Positions 58,827 to 64,000 of a DNA stretch of 64,000 bases are shown in pieces. Source of the DNA: an uncultured Actinomycetes bacterium (GTDB taxonomy: Bacteria; Actinomycetota; Actinomycetes; S36-B12); assembly GCA_903960135.1 (NCBI GenBank), contig CAJBZP010000069.1:1708-65707 (forward strand), written 5' to 3'. Made by a program: the position numbers and the translations under genes. Numbering within the stretch: position 1 is the stretch's first letter; each line of letters begins with the position of its first letter. Under the pieces are notes generated by a model that saw nothing but the letters and a program-made list of their open reading frames with translations, did no database searches and was not told where the DNA came from.

Positions 58827-59849
58827 ATGCCCGATAAGCAATTGCAGGCGTTGCTTGAAACGGCGGTGGTATTCGGGTTGCCCATGAACCGTGCCTTTCG
58901 CGGCATCACGATGCGCGAAGGTATTTTGATCAAGGGACCATCGGGGTGGGGTGAATTCGCGCCATTTGATGATTACCCCGACGTCGCGGCCGCGCGCTGG
59001 TTGGATTGCGCGATCGAATCGGCATTCGGTTCCTGGCCGGCGGCGAAGTGCGACACGGTCGCGGTCAACGCGATCATCCCAGCCGTGAGTTCACCTGAGG
59101 CTGCTGCATTGACGCGATCAGCGGTGCTAGATAACGGCTGCCAGTGCATCAAGGTCAAGGTTGGGGGCACGCTGGCAGATGACGAAGCTCGAGTTGCCGC
59201 CGTGCGCGATGTCCTGGATACCGCATTGGGTCGTGGAGTCGGATCGATACGCATTGATGCCAATGCCAAGTGGTCGGTAAGTGAAGCCGTCAAGGCACTG
59301 CGCCGCCTCGGTGAATACGGGCTCGAATATGTCGAGCAGCCGTGTGCGGGACTTGACGACATTCGCCAACTTCGCGGTCAAGTCGGCGTGCCGATTGCGA
59401 TTGATGAAGCCATCAGGGGCGCCGCTAATCCCGAAGACCTCGACCTGCGTGGGGTTGCAGATTTCGCCATCATCAAAGTTGCGCCACTAGGTGGGGTGGC
59501 GACCTGTCTTCGGTTAGTAGAGAAACTCGATATGCCGGTTGTCATCAGCGGATCATTGGATTCATCCGTTGGCCTTGGGCCTTCGACCGCCTTGGCCGGA
59601 GCACTTGGAACAACATCGGCTTGTGGCCTTGGCACCGGGACCTTGCTTGCCGGTGATGTCGTGGAGAACTCGACCGTCCCGGTCGGCGGCGTGATCAAAG
59701 TTGAGCGGCTGGCCCCCGAGCTTGGTGCACTGATGCAGGCCAGTGATCGGGTTTCCATGGAGCGGGGTATTTGGTGGCGGGCCCGGTTAGCTGCGGCCTG
59801 GCATGCCGGTGCCGGCAAGCGCTCAGGGTCCCTGATCGGCAGTTCTTGA
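58827..59849 (+). CDS. menC: o-succinylbenzoate synthase
   Basis: Enolase-superfamily pattern: FRGITMREG, GWGEFAPF, KVKVG, IRIDANAKW, VEQP and IAIDE. Confidence 0.88.
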   Translation: MPDKQLQALLETAVVFGLPMNRAFRGITMREGILIKGPSGWGEFAPFDDYPDVAAARWLDCAIESAFGSWPAAKCDTVAVNAIIPAVSSPEAAALTRSAVLDNGCQCIKVKVGGTLADDEARVAAVRDVLDTALGRGVGSIRIDANAKWSVSEAVKALRRLGEYGLEYVEQPCAGLDDIRQLRGQVGVPIAIDEAIRGAANPEDLDLRGVADFAIIKVAPLGGVATCLRLVEKLDMPVVISGSLDSSVGLGPSTALAGALGTTSACGLGTGTLLAGDVVENSTVPVGGVIKVERLAPELGALMQASDRVSMERGIWWRARLAAAWHAGAGKRSGSLIGSS

Positions 59850-59891
59850 CCGGTGCCCGGCTCATGGCACTTGGCATGAAAGGCTGGGCCC

Positions 59892-61670
59892 GTGAATGCA
59901 TCGACGGTACAAGCGCGAGTACTTGTCGATGAGTTGACCAGATGTGGCATCACTGATTTTGTACTTGCACCCGGCTCGCGCTCCGCGCCGCTCGCGTTGG
60001 CGCTGGCAGCCGCCGAGCAACGCGGTGAGATTGTCTTGCATGTACGCCTTGATGAGCGCAGCGCGGGCTATCTAGCCCTCGGCCTGGGAAAGGTTTCGGG
60101 GGTGCCGGCGGCAGTCGTTACTACGTCAGGTACAGCGGCGGTGAACCTGCACCCGGCAATTGTCGAGGCGGACGAGTCCAATATCCCCCTGATCGTCTTG
60201 ACGGCCGACCGGCCGCCGGCCCTGCGCGGAGTAGGCGCCAATCAAAGTATTGAGCAGACTCAAATCTTCGGTAGTGCGGTACGGCTGGCGGTGGATCTGG
60301 CGGTTGCATCAGAATCGGCGCCCGATATTCGCTACTGGCGGTCGACGGTTTCGCGAGTGGTAGCCGCTGCAACTGATGCTTGGCGGCCGGGTCCGGTGCA
60401 CGTGAATATCCCATTCGCCGACCCCCTAGTGCCCGATGCCTTAGACGATGACGCACCGGCGACGGCATTAGGTGGGCGAAATGATGGCCGTCCAGATGGT
60501 CGGCCTTGGACGGCTGATGCCAGGTATGTAGCCGGCTTGAGCACACCCATTGACGATGTCCTGGGTGTCATCTTGGAAAGCAATCAGGTACCTGCGCGCG
60601 GAATCATCTTTGTTGGTGATCACTCCGATCCTGAAACCATGAGTTTGGTGGACGACCTAGGCGATGCACTTGGCTGGCCGATAATTGGGGAGCCAAGCGG
60701 CAACGTTTCGGACTGCGACACATCACTTACCCACGGTGCCTTGATCGTGGCAGACGCGGACTTCGCGGCGGCGCATGCACCTGACATGGTCGTAACTGTT
60801 GGTCGAGTCGGCTTAAGCCGTGCGGTTCTACGGATGATTGCTAGTGCGCCGTTGCACATCGCAGTTGATGCGCAGTCGCAGTGGAGCGACCCAACTCGAT
60901 CCGCGGACATCGTTATTGCAGGTGTGCCGTTACCACCGGAGGAAGCAGAGATCGACCCGAAGTGGTTGGAAGCTTGGCAGGGGGCCGATGTCCTTGCGGC
61001 CGCAGCTGTCGAAACTGTTTTGGCTGCCTCCGGGGATCAGTTGACCGGTATGCAGGTGGCCCGCATGACATGTAGTGCCGTGCCGGCGGGGGGCATGTTA
61101 TTCCTTGGGGCCTCGTCGCAGGTGCGTCATGTTTTCAACCTGGCGTCCACCTTCGTTAGTGAAGCGATAGTCATGGGTAATCGCGGTACTTCAGGTATCG
61201 ATGGGGCTATCTCGACAGCCTGGGGCGCGGCATTAGCTATGCAGCGCGGTGATGAAGTAGCTGATCCAACCTGGGCAATAGCCTTGGTCGGAGATCAGAC
61301 TTTCTTATACGACAGTAACGCCTTGCTGGTACCCGCGACTGAGTCACGACCGAACTTGGTGATTGTGGTGGCGGACAACGACGGTGGTGGAATCTTCTCG
61401 CAGCTGGAACAAGGTGAACCACGCTTCGCAGACTCATTTGATCGAGTATTCGCGGTGCCGTTAGGGGCAGATGTCGGAGCCATCGCATCGGCCCTGCAGG
61501 TGCCAACCCAGGTAGTGCGCACCGCTGCGGACCTTGATGGAGCCTTGGCCAGTGCGATCGCGGCCGGGGGAGTGCAGGTGGTCGTTGCTCGTACCTGCTC
61601 GCGAATCGATGAGGCCGGTACGTGGCAAGCGCTGCGCGATGCAGTGCATGCGGCTTTGGGTTCTGCGTAG
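59892..61670 (+). CDS. menD: 2-succinyl-5-enolpyruvyl-6-hydroxy-3-cyclohexene-1-carboxylate synthase
   Basis: ThDP-dependent enzyme: GSRSAPLALA, TSGTAAVNL, GNRGTSGIDG and VADNDGGGIF. Confidence 0.92.
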   Translation: MNASTVQARVLVDELTRCGITDFVLAPGSRSAPLALALAAAEQRGEIVLHVRLDERSAGYLALGLGKVSGVPAAVVTTSGTAAVNLHPAIVEADESNIPLIVLTADRPPALRGVGANQSIEQTQIFGSAVRLAVDLAVASESAPDIRYWRSTVSRVVAAATDAWRPGPVHVNIPFADPLVPDALDDDAPATALGGRNDGRPDGRPWTADARYVAGLSTPIDDVLGVILESNQVPARGIIFVGDHSDPETMSLVDDLGDALGWPIIGEPSGNVSDCDTSLTHGALIVADADFAAAHAPDMVVTVGRVGLSRAVLRMIASAPLHIAVDAQSQWSDPTRSADIVIAGVPLPPEEAEIDPKWLEAWQGADVLAAAAVETVLAASGDQLTGMQVARMTCSAVPAGGMLFLGASSQVRHVFNLASTFVSEAIVMGNRGTSGIDGAISTAWGAALAMQRGDEVADPTWAIALVGDQTFLYDSNALLVPATESRPNLVIVVADNDGGGIFSQLEQGEPRFADSFDRVFAVPLGADVGAIASALQVPTQVVRTAADLDGALASAIAAGGVQVVVARTCSRIDEAGTWQALRDAVHAALGSA

Positions 61671-61672
61671 TC

Positions 61673-63205
61673 ATGGATAAACGCGAGCGCACGCTGACTT
61701 CGGCAGCGATAGCACTTCGCGAGGTCATTGCAACATTGCCGTTCCCGCCCGTCGCTAGAGCAATTCAAGAGCAGGCCTTAGACCCCAGCATCCCGGCCAT
61801 GCAAGCTTTGATGCAAGCTGCCCGCGAGGTGTTCGGTACCCCGGCAGCCGCTTGGGATGCAAGTGAATTGCAGGCTATTTCGTTAGCCGAATTTGATTCT
61901 CGGCTAAGTGAGGAGGTGCGCGGGCGGCTTGAGCAGCGCTGGAGTGCGGTTCGCGAGGTCGTGCGCCAACTACGTGGCGCCGGAGCCGTGGATATTGCCG
62001 TTGATGATGACGCGGCGGCGCTTCATGTTCTGGCGGTAGGACTTGGCCTAGCAATGCTTGAGCCACTGGCCCCCGCGGTTCGTGATCCGCGAAGCTGGGT
62101 GGCACTCACTGCTCGCCTGCTTGAGTCACTTGCAGCAGCGGATCCAAAGCTCGTTCTTGCGGCCGACCACTCAAGAAGTTGGCGCGCTCGCGTGGCTATT
62201 TCGCACAACCCGGCGGCTCTGGCGAAGTTACTTCGGGTGTTGTCTTTGTTGCAGGTGCGGGTGGTAAGCATCAGTACCGCGCCGCTGGCAGGAGAGGGTC
62301 AGCTGGTCGACCTAATTTTGCACGCCCCTACAGCGCTCGATGGGCCAACTATCGAACAGGCGATGACGGCTGTCGGCTCTTCGGTGATTGTGGCTCGTGG
62401 GCTGCCGGACGACTCTGGCGATATTGCAACTCGGGTTCTGCAGATGAGCGCGGACCTGGCCCAGCATCCAGGTGCGGCGCCACAGGCGGCGGCCGACCTC
62501 GTACTGGCTGACTCTTGGGAGGTCTCGAAGGCTGTTGAAGGTTCGGATACTTCAGCCCATGTACTTCGCTTGCAGTGGACCCTTGAGCACCATGTCATCT
62601 TGCGCCGTGCGCGTGCGCCATTTACGCATACCGAGCACAACCGCGCCTCGGCCTTACTTGCCCTGGTGGCGGCATTGGCTGAAGTCACTAACGAGGGTTA
62701 TGGCTGGTTTGAAAGTTTGCCAAATGGTGCCGACATCTCTATTAGGTTGGGGCGCCCCGAGGACGTAGATGAAGTCGCTGCGATGCACGCGCGTTGCTCG
62801 CAGGAGTCTATTTACCAAAGGTACTTCACGCCGATGAATCACTGGCGCGAAGAAAACCTGCGGCGAATCTCCGGGGGCCACCGTGGTGCAACTTTAGTTG
62901 CCACATCGGATTCGGGTTCTGTTATCGCACTCGGGAATGTGTTCCCGATTGGCCCTGACAGCACTAGCAAAGCCGAATTGGCAGTAATCGTCGATGATGG
63001 TTGGCATCACTTGGGTATTGGGCACTTGATGATTGACCACCTGATGGAGATTGCTCGCACCTTGTCCTTTGAAGAGGTGACTGCATTCGTCTTGGCAGAC
63101 AACAAGGTGATGTTGAAGTTACTCGCAGGTACAAAACTCACCTGGGTGAAGTCGCCAGCCGCTGAACTAGGTGCGGCTGTCGTTTCAATGTCGGTGCGAA
63201 TCTAA
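61673..63205 (+). CDS. multidomain ACT-like + GNAT (Pat-type) acetyltransferase with an unassigned roughly 170-aa N-terminal region
   Basis: The C-terminal roughly 160 aa form a GNAT fold (IRLGRPEDVDEV..., SIYQRYF as in Pat-type lysine acetyltransferases, acetyl-CoA loop HHLGIGHLM). The central segment ARVAISHNPAALAKLLRVLSLLQVRVVSIST...LVDLILHAP has a beta-alpha-beta-beta ACT pattern. ATG 61673 lies 3 nt after the menD stop. Confidence 0.65.
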   Translation: MDKRERTLTSAAIALREVIATLPFPPVARAIQEQALDPSIPAMQALMQAAREVFGTPAAAWDASELQAISLAEFDSRLSEEVRGRLEQRWSAVREVVRQLRGAGAVDIAVDDDAAALHVLAVGLGLAMLEPLAPAVRDPRSWVALTARLLESLAAADPKLVLAADHSRSWRARVAISHNPAALAKLLRVLSLLQVRVVSISTAPLAGEGQLVDLILHAPTALDGPTIEQAMTAVGSSVIVARGLPDDSGDIATRVLQMSADLAQHPGAAPQAAADLVLADSWEVSKAVEGSDTSAHVLRLQWTLEHHVILRRARAPFTHTEHNRASALLALVAALAEVTNEGYGWFESLPNGADISIRLGRPEDVDEVAAMHARCSQESIYQRYFTPMNHWREENLRRISGGHRGATLVATSDSGSVIALGNVFPIGPDSTSKAELAVIVDDGWHHLGIGHLMIDHLMEIARTLSFEEVTAFVLADNKVMLKLLAGTKLTWVKSPAAELGAAVVSMSVRI

Positions 63206-63208
63206 CCT

Positions 63209-64000
63209 TCAGAAAGTTTCCAGGGCATCCCGGATCGGCACCAATTTCGCGGCGGCTTCGGCAAGCTCAGTCTCTGGATGTGAGCCGGCGACAATTCCGC
63301 AGCCGGCGAAGGCTCGCACGGTATTAGTCTCGGAGTCGACTTCAGCGCAGCGCAAGGCGATACCGAACTCACCGTCACCTTGGGCATCAAACCACCCAAC
63401 CGGTCCGGCGTATCGGCCCCGATCCATGCCTTCTAGTTCGCGGATGACTCCCATTGCGCGCTCAGTCGGGGTTCCGCAGACTGCCGCTGTTGGATGCAGT
63501 GACGCAGCGAGTGCCAGCACCGATGCGGCATCTGCTAGTCGGCCGGTGATGTCGGTTGCCAAGTGCTGCACATTTGCGAGAGCCAGTACATGTGGGCGCT
63601 CGGGCACGGTTAGGTCTGTGCAGTGGGCGGCAAGGGCACGCGCAACCGAATGCACGGCGTATTCATGCTCTTCCAGGTCCTTGCCGCTGCCGAGGAGCGC
63701 GGAGGCAAGGCCAGCGTCGGCAGCAGCGTCACCTTGGCGACGTACGGTGCCGGCAAGGACTCGACTGGTCACTAGGTCGCCGGTTCGACGCACTAGTAGC
63801 TCTGGAGTGGCACCGATTAGCCCGGCGACACTAAAAGTCCAACAGGACGGGTATTTCTCCGCGAGGTTGAGGAGCAGGTGCCGTGGGTCAAGTGCTCCAT
63901 CGACGTGCGCGACGACGTCACGCGCGAGGACAACTTTGTCGAGTTCGCCGGATTTAATGCGGCCGATGGCCTCGGCCACCGCACCTTGCCAATCCGGTGC
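63209..64000 (-). CDS. menF: isochorismate synthase, C-terminal part (5' end beyond window)
   Basis: Chorismate-binding motifs: TPELLVRR, LHPTAAVCGTP, GRYAGPVGW, GIALRCA and AGCGIVAGSHPETELAE. The ORF stays open to the window edge. Confidence 0.85.
   Translation of the reverse strand, partial: APDWQGAVAEAIGRIKSGELDKVVLARDVVAHVDGALDPRHLLLNLAEKYPSCWTFSVAGLIGATPELLVRRTGDLVTSRVLAGTVRRQGDAAADAGLASALLGSGKDLEEHEYAVHSVARALAAHCTDLTVPERPHVLALANVQHLATDITGRLADAASVLALAASLHPTAAVCGTPTERAMGVIRELEGMDRGRYAGPVGWFDAQGDGEFGIALRCAEVDSETNTVRAFAGCGIVAGSHPETELAEAAAKLVPIRDALETF

Overview
High-GC (about 60%) actinobacterial chromosome segment. It is densely packed and mostly housekeeping: I call about 65 CDS, 1 tRNA and 1 tandem-repeat array. 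No integrase, transposase, CRISPR or rRNA was recognised. All calls rest on reading motifs in the supplied ORF translations and on remembered synteny with Mycobacterium and Streptomyces; no searches were run. Gene order falls into three conserved core blocks. Block 1 (1-28720) holds pmt, rsmI, metG, tatD, rsmA, ispE, a desaturase operon, tRNA-Gln, glmU, prs, rplY, pth, mfd, mazG, eno and ftsB. Block 2 (28918-34335) runs from clpC to radA. Block 3 (34357-64000) holds a Rv0495c-like gene, ppx, proC, the bS22 region, rex with cobA/hemD, cytochrome c maturation System II (tlpA, ccdA, resB, ccsB) and the menaquinone cluster (menA, menE, menB, menC, menD, menF). Accessory-looking parts are a low-GC secreted beta-helix gene next to tRNA-Gln and a GC-mosaic islet (22660-24430) with a Phd/RelE toxin-antitoxin pair. 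The observations most worth a second look are these. (1) The 3' end of tRNA-Gln seeds a perfect 44-bp x3.3 tandem array. (2) rex is translationally coupled directly to cobA-hemD, and hemA, hemC, hemB and hemL are missing from their conserved positions although heme-requiring cytochrome c maturation genes follow. (3) A large ACT+GNAT (Pat-like) protein sits between menD and menF. (4) A proline-dehydrogenase-like gene just upstream of proC lacks the conserved Arg-Arg substrate-binding pair. (5) Two conserved small genes, bS22 and a DUF2256 zinc ribbon, fall below the ORF-track size cut-off. (6) An antisense pair of repeat-containing small ORFs lies downstream of radA; one of them encodes a hyper-acidic 75-aa protein. 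I found no clear-cut novel multi-gene system; the candidates above are hypotheses.
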